A DNA stretch of 64,000 nt from Perna viridis (lineage: Eukaryota). This document shows, one piece after another, positions 30,001 to 45,000 of this stretch. Within the stretch, counting starts at the first letter, position 1. Each line of letters begins with the position of its first letter. The position numbers and the translations under genes were made by a program. The stretch is from NCBI GenBank assembly GCA_037379345.1, contig CM074515.1, forward strand, positions 18,662,001 through 18,726,000, read 5' to 3'. The notes beneath the pieces were generated by a model that searched no databases, had not been told where the DNA came from, and was given only the letters and a program-made list of their open reading frames with translations.

Positions 30001-33000
30001 AATTTTCTCACTCAGCACAGATCTAATATTTCTAGAGGCCTTTAGACTTACTTGATGGTTCAGGAGTAAATGGGCTATTTGGACTTGGAGATGGTCTTCC
30101 TCCTTGAATCACTCCATAGTTTGGCAATGGATTGACTGGATATTTAGGAGTAGGTGCAGGTGTTGGTGCTCCAGTGTATGGAGTAGGTGCAGCTGTTGGT
30201 GCTCCAGTGTATGGTGTTGGTGAAGGAGTTGGTGGTCCATGGTATGGTGTTGGACTTCCAGTATAAGGTATAGGACTGACTGTGTATTGTGGTTTTGGAG
30301 ATGGACAGACTGGTATTTGACAGCAAGGATCATTAGGATCTGTCTGAGATGTACAACCAACAGGAAGGTTGGGATATGTTGGACATCTGCAATCAGTTCA
30401 AAGGTCATTATGGTAACTATTTTTAAAATTCATATTTATTTTTTTAAGAATAATAATGAGAACTACAGATAGGCTGAAAATGTGGCAAGCTAAAGTACTA
30501 CCATTCTATAATTCTTATAAGACTTTTGAAGAATATATTTACAATAGAAAAAAACAAAACAAGAATTCTGTGACTGATGGCTCACTAGTAATGTTCCTAT
30601 TTTCAATCATGATATCAGGAAAATAAACAAAGTCCTTGACAATCAGAAGGTGTTGTCAAATTTTTCAGAAAATGGATACCAGTGGATGGCATAGCTGCCG
30701 GAAGAATGGGTAAAATTTTAAGCTGCTGCGATGAGTACCGTAATTACTGAAATGTTCAACATAAAAAATAGTTATGGACAGACACACTGACAAGGATAAA
30801 ACATTAAACCACCCTCTCCATTGGAGTGGGGGTATAAAACAGTAAACCACCCTCTCTATTGGAGCGGGGGTATAAAACAGTAAACCACCCTCTCCATTGA
30901 AGCAGGGGTATAAAAATTGAAATTGAAATAGCATCAATCATTGGTGGGTACAGTAGATAACAGTCGATTCATATGATAATCATATGACAATTATATGGTG
31001 ATCGATTCATATAATGATCACATGGTGCTCAATTCATATGATAATCATATGGTAATTAACATATGGTAGTCATATGCTTATCATATGATTCTCATATGCT
31101 AATTTTGGGCTGAAAACATATGACAATCATATGTTTGTGAAAAACATGATTATCATACGACAATCAAGCGATTATCATATGTAAACTGAAAAATATGCTT
31201 ATTGCATGGTGCTCAATTTATATGATAATCATATGATACAAAGCATATGATTCCCATGTATGGCACATTTACCTGTGTATGATGATGTCTGTGTAGTTAG
31301 TACCTTCTAGAATTCACATGTTTTTACATTTTGTTTTTGGATTTTGTCTCTGTATTTATTCAATGCTTGACCACTGTTTGTTGGCTTTAAAGATTATGAA
31401 TTTGCTCGTGTTTTTATTAAAAGATCTAAGTCTTTGACTTACCTATCATAACAAGTGTAATAGTTATTAGTAGCATCATCACATCTACATTTCTTTTGAC
31501 AGCCTTGGTCCCAGGTCTGACCCTGCTTATACAATACTCCATAGTAAACACAGAAAGCTGAAAACATTAAAACCTTTTTTTATTAATTTAAATGGATTTG
31601 TTTGATTTTGGAGGTTTAATCTATTTTTGAATTTATTTATTCAAAATGTCTTGAGAAATTTACACAGTGTCAAGTATATAGACAATTTTTAACATTTTAT
31701 AATTCAGGATTAAAATTTGGTTTTAAAAACCTATTTCATGGCTTACCATATTTATCAAAAGGTTTTGAAGATATAATGAATAAAGAATTCTGTAAAGTTG
31801 AAAAATAAATTATCAGTTTTTCTCTGTCATACAGTAGCTATTGTTAAAGCAGCTCAAGCCCATATATAAACTGGCAGGCATAAACAATTGTACCAGTAAT
31901 AAAATATTACATAAATAGTGGCAATATTTTGTCAAAGCCGTCGTCAAGCTGACTGTCAAATCTTAATAATAGAGAGAAACAGAAAAACAGGGAGTAATGC
32001 TCACTAACTTGATCCCCCATCCCAAATCAGAGAAAATGAACATTTTGACCTAAAATATGTCAAAATAGAAATATTTCATGAACATTATGTGAAAGTTTCA
32101 TTAAATTTCATTCAGTGGTGTAGGAGGAGTAAGGAATAAAAGATGGGTAACCCTTCTGTGAAACAAAAAGAAAGTTAGGATGGAAGACTGGATATCCCTA
32201 TATACCCCAATTCAAAAGTGGAATAAATACATATAGATTCCCCTTCAATCTCAAGGGGATAACAAAAGTTCGCCACTTGAAAGTTAAAATGATAGATTTC
32301 AACCCATGAGCTTCAGGGAGTTGCTTAAATCTAAAATTTAACTATTGAGAGTGTAGAAATCTTCTTATCCTCAAAAGCACTATTTCTCTCATGAAAATTA
32401 TAAAATACTTGGAAATCTAAAATTGCAGAAAACCCTCCAAGAAATTTAATCTGCAAGAAAGTAATGTGCATTTTTAATCACTGGCTTAGAGCATGAGAAA
32501 ATAAATCATACAGTAGAACTCACCAGGAGGAGTAGGAGATGGTTTAGGTGTAGTTTGTCCTAATATAAAAGGTGCTGGTGTTGTGCTTGGTGCCAGTGGG
32601 TTGAATGTAGGAGGAGTTGTTGGGGGAACAAATGGCACATAGGGTGTAGTCTTGTCAGGGCTACACACCACACTCTTACAACAGAAGTCTTTGGGGTCCT
32701 GTACAAGGGAACAGCCACCTGGAAGATTGGCTGGCCATGATGGACATCTAAAATCAAAAACAATACCTGTACAAATGTTGAAAATGGCAATTTTAATATG
32801 ATAAAGCATCTAAATTAGATAATGTATACTTAAACTTTTGAAAGTTGAGATATACTGTTTAAAGAATGGTAAAAAGCATATAGGAATGATATAACTATAC
32901 CTCTCACTGCAAGTGTAGTGACCAGTCATGCCATCTTCACATATACAATTATAATCACATCCATCTTGCCATCTCTGTCCTGTCTTGTATTGAACACCCT

Positions 33001-36000
33001 TGTATACACAGTAGTCTGTAAATATTGAAACAGAGAAATGTTATTAAATATCTCCACCAAACTAGCCTTAAGACTACTTTGTGAAAAGGTCATGGGCCAT
33101 TGGCCCAAAAAAAAAATGCAAAATGATCCAAATAGATAGCATGGCATGGGTCAATGGCCCAAATTGTGTATAAAAATGATGCATTATTTATATTATTGGC
33201 CCACTGGTATATTTGTGATCCCTCTTTTCTTGTCAAAAGAATTTTCAGATAAAGGAACTATATGATAATTTCTGAACTAGAAAAAAAAAGATAGAAAACC
33301 AGGTCTAATGACAAAAGAATAATGGCCACATAAATAATCATTATATTACATACTTGGTTTTGGCATTGGTGTCGGTGGTTTTACATTAGTGCCTGGAGTT
33401 GGAGCGTAGGTTAATCCAGGACCTGGAATAAGTTGTGGTGGTAATGTTTCACCAGGTCTAGGTGTTGGGGACTGGGTGTAAACAAATTCTGGGGTTGGTG
33501 TTACAGTACCATAACCTGTGACCTTTCCAGTTGGAGCTGTTAAATATACTGGGGAGCCTGATGGTCCAGGAGTTTGGTTTGGTGGAATACATGAAGGAAT
33601 CTGTGAAAAATGGAAATGTCCCTCAATAGATCAGCTATCAGTTATTTGAAACAAAATAATGGTCTGATTCAGAACTTTATCTTCCAACCTCATGAACAGC
33701 ATTGATTTGTTGCTGCATCATCATAAGGTATTATTATATTATATAAAGGTTGAGGTACATTAATGGGATAAATTGGTCCCATTATTTGCATGAAAAATGA
33801 TGTTTAAATCACAGCAAACTTTAACTCCCTGAGCAAAAGTTCAAAACCTAAAGTTTAAATGCCTATATTTAAGACTTAACTGTACAGCACATTTATGCCA
33901 TAATTACTGATCAAAATAGCCGGTTTTTATAAATTTTACTAAACCAATAAATAAATTACCCATTCCACATGAAATACAAGTGTCTGTCCAACTGTAGACC
34001 CAAGTGATATGTTGGATATTTTGAAACATTTTTGTCTATTTTATCAGAGTTCCTAACGACTGGGTGGGTCTGTTGGCCCAGGCATCACAAATTAGAATAA
34101 ATGATCGATTTCTCACCAAATTTCAGATATTTTTTTTTTAAAAACTTGAGTTTTTCACTACATTTGATTTGTCATTATTCCAAAAAAAAAACATCTAAAA
34201 AATTCTAATATGGTAATGTTGTTTTACTGCATTAAGTCCCCTCTAGTAGGGGGCAAAAAAACACTCCATACTGTACCATTTCCTTTCAAATGACACAAAA
34301 CAACTCCTAACATAACATTTGACAATAATACAATAAATATGTAATATATAATTAGCAACAGCCTTAGATGTAGGCAAAACCAAGACTGAAGGAATAAAAC
34401 AAATCATCCCTTATTGCAAACACCTACATCCATTATTTGTCAGATACAGAAAAGTTAATTTAAAGAGATAAAAATTAAAATTAAATATATTTCATGCGAA
34501 GTTCAAGTCCTGATACAAACTGTATCTCACAAATGACATTCTATCTAAACTATGTTTATTAAACTGTTGATGTCATGGTGTTTCAAAAAAATCTACAAAG
34601 CATCACTTTGACATTAACTGGATTTGGAGACCATTTTTCTAGTGATGGTCTTAAACCATACCTGACAACATTGCGGGTCTTTAGGATCTGGCACCATGGT
34701 ACATCCTTGAGATGGAGCATACGTTGTACACCTCTGTCGACATCGGATGTAACCTGTCATTCCATTCTCACATACACAGATCTTATCACAGCCATCATAC
34801 CATTGCTGTCCCTGTGTGTATGGTACACCTTTGTATACACATACTTCTAAAACAGGAAATCATTGAAACTTTTTGTATTGGTGTGTAGTCTAGATTTTTT
34901 TGGAATATTTTATTTTTTCAATTAGGGCCAGGTGAGCTTAACATTAAGTTCAGCAAAGCAAAGAAACCCAAAAAATTAATTTCCTAGAAATGAAATAAGG
35001 GTCACACTTAGAGTCTGAGAACCCTTATGTGCACCAAGTACATAAAATGGTAAAAGAAAAAAAAATAAACAAAAGGAAAGATTTGAAATATCATACATTC
35101 CATTACCTATAAAAAAAATAATCGTTTATATTTATCTAAACCTAGGACTTACTGGGTTGAGGAGCAGGAGTCGGCTGAGTGTATGGCTGGTTTGGAATTG
35201 GAGAAACTGTAGTACGAACTCCTGGTGCATCTGTCACAACAGATGGATTAGGATTTGGATTGGGACTAATTGTTGTTTTAATACCGGGCTTAAAGGTAGG
35301 TCCTGGATTTGGTGTCAATGTAGACCCTGGTGGTTGGTATGGTGGTCTCTGTGTTGTCAAAGGTACTGGTTGAAGTGTAGCAGGGGGGTTGCACTGAATA
35401 ACCTTACAGCATGGATTACGAGGGTCAGCAACCAAGTTACAGTATGATGGTCTAGGCAGATTTGAGTAATCCTGACACCTGATGTTCAAAAATAAAATAT
35501 TAAATAGATGAACAGCACATGGGATAGAGGAAACCAAATAGCCACAATCATCAAGGCTGTTCTAATAATACTTCATTTGCAAATACATGTATAAACAAAA
35601 TAAGAGCCATATTATGTAACAAAGGGGATACCTCTACAATTATTCTATAAAAATATAACAAGACAGGATAGACCTCTGAATTCAATTCAGAGATTAAGTA
35701 TAAAAAAACTTGGATCTTTCAAATGAAAGAATGACTTTTGATTTAAGACAGAGTAGATTCCTGTTAATTGCATCCTATTCTAGAAATAGCTGTGACAAAA
35801 TTCAGAGGGTCAGTTGGAATGACCAACATACAAGGTGATTCCAAAATATCACCACTCATTGAGTGGGGGAATCATTTAGAAAATGAACATACTTAGAGAG
35901 GCATCTATATTGTCCAGTGTGATCATCCAAACATTCACATTCCAGAGAACATCCATCATCCCATTTCTCCCCTTGTTGATGTTTCACTCCTTTGTACTGG

Positions 36001-39000
36001 CAGGATTCTAAATTTATCGAACATTGATCATTTAATAGGACTACCAAGTTCCAGGTGTAATTATAAGATAAATAAATTATATTTTTATAGGCAACTTTTT
36101 GTTTACTCTAGACAATTACCTGAGCTCAGTAGCAGTTCCAAAGGGTAGAAGTCATAATGTATATATTTAAAAGACATTTGCTCTTCATAGGCAAATAAAA
36201 TCAAATTGTTAACTACAAAGTTATATATTTACAGTGAAAAATAGCTGAACTTATACTCTTTTGGACTTTAAAATGTGTTTGCTCATTCTAATTGATATGA
36301 AGGGAATTGAAAAATGTCTGGTTTTGGGATTATTCAGGGTTGTTTAGACAAGTTTTGGAATTATTCAGGGGTCTGTTTAGAAAAGTTTCATGGTAATTAC
36401 TTGAATATCCAGTTTGTATTGCTGGAGGTAGTGTGAAGGTGTATGGAGTGGGAGGCTGTGTGGGTTGTGGTGATGGTGTAGGTTGTCCTGGGTAGTATGT
36501 AGGTTTGGGTGTTGGTACATATGATGGCGGTGGTGTCAGAACCTTCTGTTCACAGATTGGTTTTTTACAGCATTGGTCATTGGGGTCTGTAGTTAGATAA
36601 CAACCACTTGGAAGCTGTGGCCATTGTGGACATCTAGTAAATAAAATAAAAAAAAACAAATGAATAAAAAGTTGATTTACCTGGTATTGTTTATTTTAAA
36701 TACCAGTCTTTATAAAAATCAGATGGAAGGTGATTCATGCATGTCAAAAACCAACCAAACTTAATCTTATCTCTAAATTCAGTAATAGTTACAAACTGCT
36801 AAAAACAGTGTCAGTATGTCATTTGGTCTTTGAGATAACAATTATAATGATTGTGTACAAAATTTGCACATTGTTCTTGATTTGGTTTGATTTGGTTGAT
36901 TTCAGTAGGAAATGAATGTATGATTTTCCTCAAAACACAGATTTTAATATAGAAAGGTCCATTGTTATGTAAAGGTATTGCATATGTACCAAAAAGGCAT
37001 TAGTTATTAGGTGAATTTTTTATTTCACAGTGAATCTTTTTGACATAGGAAGTATCTGAATTTTGTTTTATATGGACTGGTACTTAAACTGTTGTTCAGG
37101 TAATGCAATTCTAAGTTCACTTTATATGTATAGAAAGCTTAAAGAAACCAAAACGTGAAAACATCTTTTCAAGATATTATATACACAGAGCATCTGCATT
37201 GTCGTCTGTGTGTAAATGCTCTGAAAAAGTGCTCCATCAGAAGTAAGTTAATAATGAAGTACTGTGTGTAGTAAGGAAGAGATTTGTTATAGGGAGTCTC
37301 ACATATTCCCATTGGTCGAGATATCAGTAATATCACAACATAGTAGTGAATTATTATCGAAGTCAAATTTTATAAATTGAGAACAAATTAATAGTTCTGT
37401 ATCTCTTAAACAAAGCCTAAAATCATATTATAATTAAACTAAAAGTTTAAACAACCAATTTGTACCTGTCATCACATCTATAGAATCCAGTAGTAGCATC
37501 CTCACAAATACATTTCAGATCACAACCATCATTCCAAGTCTGGCCTTGTTTGAATGGTACACCATTGTACATACAATAGGCTAAAATAATCCCAAAATTA
37601 TACTGAATCACAAGGTTTATGTCTCATCCATACTGATCATATCTACTGGTAATTTAAGTTTGTATGTGTAGACAAAAAAGTATCTCCACACAATTCTAAG
37701 GCTCAATGGGTAAAGTTCAGTGGATCATAAATTCCTGGTAGTATGCACTATTACTTATCATGTCCTAACTACCTAAGAAGTTTTGACAAAATTTGGTGAT
37801 TAATTAGTTTTGAGGAGCTGTGCTTACAATGCATGACAGTCAGACAGGAAAAAAATGAGGGGAGGATTATAGTAAAATGGTTTCTTGGAGATTTGATTTA
37901 TAATAAATAATATGGATTCTTGGAGACCTGCTTTCTAATAAATAATATGGTCTGTTGAAGATCTGCTTTCCAATAAATAAACACATATATGTAAGAATCT
38001 TCAGCTTCTTTGCTGTTTCAAGCTTTGCTCTGTCAGCTTTGGGAAGGTAAATGCTTGCAATATCTGGTCTAGTACTGACCTGGTTTAACTGAAGGACCAA
38101 CTGTTTTTATTGGTGGAGGTGTGAGTGTGAATGGATTAGGAGAGGTTGGTGGGGGACAGTAAGGCTTCTTGCAGCATGGGTTGGTGTAATCCACAACTAG
38201 ACGACAACCAGGCTGTAAGTCAGTGTATTCTACACATCTACAAAGAATCATAACATGTTAGAGTACACCCTTTCATGTTCATTTTCTGAACAGAATTGAT
38301 TGGTACTTCAGGAAGGTAAATGCTACACCTACCAAAAAAGCTCTAATAGTTTCCAATATTTTTTTTTACAGAAAAGTGTTGCACCTATCTTGCAGAATTA
38401 CCACCTGAGTCTGTGCAGAAAAGTATCATAAATTGTCAATATTTACATATCAACATATTATGTTACAGATGTCTAAGTGTCATATTGAATTTTTTTAAAC
38501 AATTTAACAAAAATCTAAAATTGCAAAATAAAAAGCATTAAATATTACCATATAGTGAGTTGTACTACAGGATACTGTTCAGGATACTACAATGATATAA
38601 AAGTGTACACTTACTTCTCTTTACATCTGTAGTTGCCCAAGTTATCTAGGCATTCACAGTCATACTGACATCCATCTTGCCATTGTTGCCCTGGGGTGTA
38701 TGTCTTACCCTTGTACACACAGTAGTTCTCTGAAAATTGTAATCACCTTTATTATTCTTATTTATTATTGGTTACAATACTGGATATTAATGACTTTTGA
38801 CTTTAAATGCTGAAAGCGTTTCATCAGCAAAAATACCCATGTATGCTGACGAGACTTAAACAATCTTATTTTAAATGAAGTCCATATATTCAATACAAAA
38901 CCAGTAAAACTGTGCAACAATCACTAAATTGATACCCCCACTCCCTCATTAAATAACATGCACCTTTTAACCTCTAAACTGATTTGGATCAAAATCTAAA

Positions 39001-42000
39001 AAAAAGAGAATGATGGTGATATGTAATAAAGATTCTGTGAAAGTTTCATTAAATTCCATTCAACAGTGTAAGAGGAGTAAGGGATAAGAAATGCATTCCC
39101 TATGTACCCATGTTCAAAATAGACAAAATCCATGTTTTGCTATGTGAAACTCCAAAATTCTGTTGGATCAAAATTTAAAATAGGAGGTGCAAAATAGGCA
39201 TATGTAGTAAAGCTTCTTAAATTCCATACAGGGATGATGGAAGAGTAACAGATAAAAAATAGGTGCTCACTGCATAACCAACAGAAGGACGAACATCCCT
39301 ATCACTAAATACCCCCACCCTTAGCAAATGGATGGTATACAGAAGTTCTACAGTGTCAAATTATTTAATTCTACAAAATTTTCGTCACATAAAATTTATA
39401 TCTGTTGAAAATTGGACTAAAAAATCTTCAAAAAAGTCAGCCTTTACTTTTTGTATTAAAACCATAAAGATGTATGAACAACTGATTATATCTTCATTAT
39501 TTATCATTTACATGTTACAATCAAGATCAAAGATGAACAAATTTTAAAAAAAATCAACCTAAATTCAGTGTGTGCTCACTAAAACCACAAATAGACAGAC
39601 AGACAGACAAGCTGGTATTTGTAAATTCCCCTCATATTCTGGTTGCATGGATTATACAGAACAATGGTAGTCTTGAAGTGAAGGTAGAAAGTTTCTTGGT
39701 CAGCCAAATAGGCAAGATGTACTATTCTCCCAGACATTCAAAGCTGAAACTAATGTGTTTATAAGTGACAATGAGTTAATATGACTCTTGATGTTGTCAT
39801 TAGAATTTGCTGATATCAGCCTTTATGGAATAGATTTCCGACTTGTTTGACCTAAACCCAAACTCAACTTTTTTCTCTAATATAAGCGGTCAAAAACTTC
39901 CAAAATTTCTGTCTGATATTTCCATCAGTCAGACAGTATTTCATAATGACTGATATATGTAGCCCCAGACTGAAAATATCTGTCAATAAGACAAATTAGG
40001 AAATTGATAATGATACTGGTGAACAGTATTGTAGAGGTACTACTCACGTCTGTATACTGGAGGTTGTGTCGTCTGAGGCAGAGGAGATGGAGTTGGTCTG
40101 GTCTGTTTGCTTGGTAGAGGATATGGTGTTGGTTGAGCACTAGGTGTCTGTGTGACAACTGGTGGATAGAATGTTGGTGTAGCTGTTGGTTGTACATTAT
40201 TTGTGTAAGGTCTTGGTGATGGACCAGGAGTGACAACACCTCCAGTAATCAGTCTGGTTGGAATGGTATAGTATTGAGGTGTGGTCTGACCAACTTGAGG
40301 TGGGGGTGTACACAAAGGAACCTTGCAGCACAATGGGTCCTTAGGATCTGGCTGCATAGTACAACTAGAGTCTACCTGAGGAAGTTGTGGACATCTAAAA
40401 ATAGAAACATTTACATTTTTTAACAAGGATGAAATTTTGACATAGCATATAGTTTTTCACAATGAGAGAATTTGACAAATAGCCTCCTATCACATCATTT
40501 TAACTGAAGAATACAGTAATTCATTGAAAGTATTCAAATAGAAACAAAAAGTTTAGAACTAATTAAAGTTTAGCAAATTTATGCTGATCCATACAATTAA
40601 ACAATCATAAAAAAACAATTGCAATGCCCATTTTATGTTTATCATACCTGGAGTTACATCTGTAAACTCCTGTAGTACCATCTTCACAAACACAAGAGAA
40701 TTCACAGCCATCATACCATTGTTGTCCCTGAGTATAGGCAATGCCTTTGTACACACAAACATCTGAGATAAGAAAATGTAATTAAAGTATCTCCATCTCT
40801 TAATCTAAATTGTTTACTACACCACAACTTCAAAACTTCCCATAATAAATGGCAGTATTACTTCCTTTAAATCACTGGCCCTGTGACTGCCTTTAAATCA
40901 CTGGCCCTGTGACTTCCTTTAAATCACTGGCCCTGTGACTGCCTTTAAATCACTGGCCATGTGACTGCCTTTATTACTTCCCCAGTAACTCATATTTGGG
41001 GTAGCAGAGAAAATAATCAAGGGAACCAAGGTTATAGTGGTAATCAAAAGAATGAAATCCAGGGACAAAGACCAGACAAGAAAAACAGACATACACGACA
41101 ATTGATTTTTGGGGTTTAACGCCTGAGCAGCAATATTTCAGCTATATTCAGGCGAACATGAAGTAACTTAAATCATACATACAAAGTAACAAAAGCATAT
41201 GAGCAACTCAGACTCCACTAAAAACTGGGAGCATGGATCAGGTGCACCGGTAGGATAAGCATCCTCTGCTTTTCTAGAAACACAGAATTATACACTTTTA
41301 TAACAGATTGTGACACTACTAGTAGACACTAATATGAGAATACTAGCAATGTAAAATAAAAACCTAAACAACAGAAAAATTCAACATAAAACCAATGATT
41401 CAGCTATAAACATTAAACCTATTGATATACAGGGTACACATTCACATGAGACATCAGTAAGTAACACTAACTTCTTTGCTGGGTGGGTACTGGTTCTGGT
41501 GTCTGAGATGGTGTTGGTCTGAATGTATATGGTGGATTGACTGGTGGAGTTACTGGTGGAGCCTGTGTTGGTGGACCAGTGTAAGGTGTAGGACTTGGAG
41601 TCACTGGAGGAGCCTGTGTTGGTGGACCAATGTAAGGAGTCACTGGAGGAGTTTGTGTTGGTTGGCCTGTGTATGGTGTAGGACTTGGTGTTGGCTTAGG
41701 AGTTGTTTGTGTTAGACTGTAACATTCTGGGATTTGACAGCATGGTTTTCTGGGGTTCTTGACCAATCGACATGTACTTGGAAGGTTGTTGTATACTGGA
41801 CACCTAGAATGAATCATAACAGTTGTTTGTAGATAGAACCAAAAATAATATTTAAAAATCAATGATGTTTTATATAACAAGCCAAGAATCATCAACTAAG
41901 TCAACTCTTCTAAATAAGCTAACTTCTGAAACATATCATGATATTGATCTTCAGTAAGACCTACAACCATAATTATCTACGTTCAATATCTACATAAAAT

Positions 42001-45000
42001 TCTATAACACTGATGTCAAATTTTATCACAGAACAATGTAAGTACCACTGAAATTGTTATATAACACCAACACAAACGTTCTTGGCAATAATCATTGACA
42101 CATCAATCAAAAAACATCTATACAAGGGGTCCAAAAAGTCTCATTTCTGTTTTTATACATGGACTAACTGATATATCTATAAAATATGACTTTATACCTT
42201 AAAAGGTCTTTTGATACAGTAAAACACTTGGTCAAATAGATAAAAAAATGGCTTACTTGGGTGAGCATCTGTATCTTCCTTCATTGGCATTGAAACATAC
42301 ACAGTCATAATCACATCCATCTTCAAAGGCTTGTCCCTGGGTGTACTCTCTACCTTTGTATATACATACTCCTACAATATACAACATAATAAGTGATCTT
42401 GACAGTTAGAGAATTTTGTACTGAAGTAAGAAACAAGTAAGGATTAAAAATTAGAGAGGTTGATAAATTAAATCCATGTTAGTATTCCGTTACATGATAA
42501 AACATTACCTAATTTAGCTGGAGTTGGTGTAGGCTGGCCTGGGATTGGTGCTGGTGTTGGGACATAGACCTGTCCTGTAAACTCATGGACCTTCATGGTT
42601 GGGACTGGTGTTGGTGGATTTGTTTGTCCAGGTATAGGAGCTAGCGTTGTTCCAGTACAGAACTGTGCCAAACAACATGGGTCACGTGGGTCTGTCATTA
42701 CTGAACATCCCTCTGGTACATTAGGATCAAGTGGAGCACATCTTTATAATAATAATAAACCATTACATTTAGTGTATTAAAAAGGGGGATACTTTTGAAA
42801 AAAGATTATAATTGACAAATCTTAATGTGGAAAATATTACACAAATATAACACATGTCTTAGCATTTTTTGAAAAATCACTTCAACTTATTTTATGAAGT
42901 GATAGCTATAAATGATTTTTAAAGATCACCAAAACTCTTTAAAAATGTAAATTTTACTGAGCAATTTTTAGGTCTTATTAATGCTAATATATCAAAAAGT
43001 TTTTTCAAAAGTTTCAATTTGATTAATTAAAAAAGCACAATGCAACAGTGTCAAAACCTTTAACACACCTCTGGTTACAGGTGTAAATTCCTCTGCTGGA
43101 ATCATCACATCTACACTTGAAGCTACAACCATCTTCCCATACTTGTCCTTGGAGATAGCTTACTCCCTTGTATATACAGTATTCTGTTCAAACAAATATA
43201 TCAACTATTTATACTTTTCAGAATAAAATGAATAAATTTTTTCCTAAGAGATAATTTCTATTTTTAACCATATGAGATTACTATCCATGTGTTAACGCAA
43301 ATGAGTAGCATTCATAATTTCATAGTTATCCCTAATGTAATTTGAAAAACGAGAAAAAAAAACAAACACTGCCAGTAAAGACAAGAATAATAAACTGGAA
43401 AGAGTGAATAACCTAACTATGATCACAGAAGAATGCCATGATTTAAAAAGTGTGCAGAACTTGTTCTACACGTAAATTGAATCTTAATGCGTTCTTGGCA
43501 CAATTGATTATATTTTTTTTATTTCACAATAATAAATTGGTTGTCTCATTCTTTACATATATTTTCTCTATTATTCATTGCTATCTTCACATAAAAATTC
43601 AATTTTGTGAAAGGCGGATTGGTATGTATGTCGTGATGTTATGGTGGGAGAAAGTGCAAGAGCGAATGAATAAAAGAATTAATTTTACAGTGAGAATTGT
43701 TACAAAAATTTTACATAAGGAACAATTGGTATATCACTGCTATCAATATAATAATAGGAAACCCGAGACAGCCTCTGGAACGTTTCCAATGTTATAAAAT
43801 TATCAACACGCTGTTAGAGAACCTGACATCTTTGTTTAATTGGTTGTTACTTGGTGGATGACTGTCTCATTGGGAATTGTACCATATCTCCTATTTTCAT
43901 ATCTTACTTTTGGACATCTCCATGGTTGTCAGAGATTTCTCTGAGAATCTGACATCTTGCCTTTGGGTATCTCCATTGCTGCCTAGGATTTGTATGAGAA
44001 CCTGACATTTTACCCTTAGGAATCTCCAAGGCTGTCTGAGTATTTTTTCTAAGAACTTGACATCTTTCCCTTGAGCTTGTCATGGCTGTCTTGGGTTTCT
44101 CTGTCTTGAACTTTCAGCAGCTATATGGTTTTAATGTCTACAACCACTTCTTCAGTTTTAACAAATTCTAAGTTGTATCAGCCTAAGTTTACTTAATAAT
44201 TAGAGTACTGTCATAATTAAGGTATTACTTACGCTGTGTTGGTTGAAGTGTTGGTGGTAGGTTGGTTGCTATAGAATAAACCTTGGTTGGTGGTGGACCA
44301 GTGACTGTACATTGTGGTTTCTCACAGCATGGATTGGCAAAATCTCTGACCATAGTACATCCTGGCTTGAGGTCGACATAAACTGGACATCTGTACAAGA
44401 ACAATGAACATTCTTCATACCAACTTCCTCAAGTTTAAAGCCAGAAATCTATGTCTTTGTGTCACATTTTAATATATTCTTGACTTATGTTCAAGAATTA
44501 CATTTAAAACTTCTTGATATTTATGTTTTTAACTACTGCCTTGATGATAACATTGGGAAGGGGGCAAAGAACAGAAACATGTGAAACAATAAATAAAAAC
44601 AGAAAATAATCATTAAAAAAAGGTAAAGAATAGAAAACTCTCAAAATCCCAGCAAAAAAAACACATGAAAATTTATAAATATGGGCAATACCTGATAACC
44701 TTTAACATTCTATTTATCTCAACAGTTTGGAAATACATGTTCACTAGTTGATTTAAAAAATTGAAATTAATGTGTAGTATGAAAAACAAATCTAAATTAA
44801 AAGAAGAATGGCATTCATCTTAACCTAAGGATAAACTCTTTCTCTAACAATTCACAAATGTAATCAGAGAATCTAATATTAAAATCAGACTAATGGTATG
44901 ACATGAATTTGAAATAAAACAAACAAGATGAGAAAAAAATAATAATTCATTACTGAAATAAAAATTTGAAAAAAAGTTTTTGTTAATATATATACAACTA

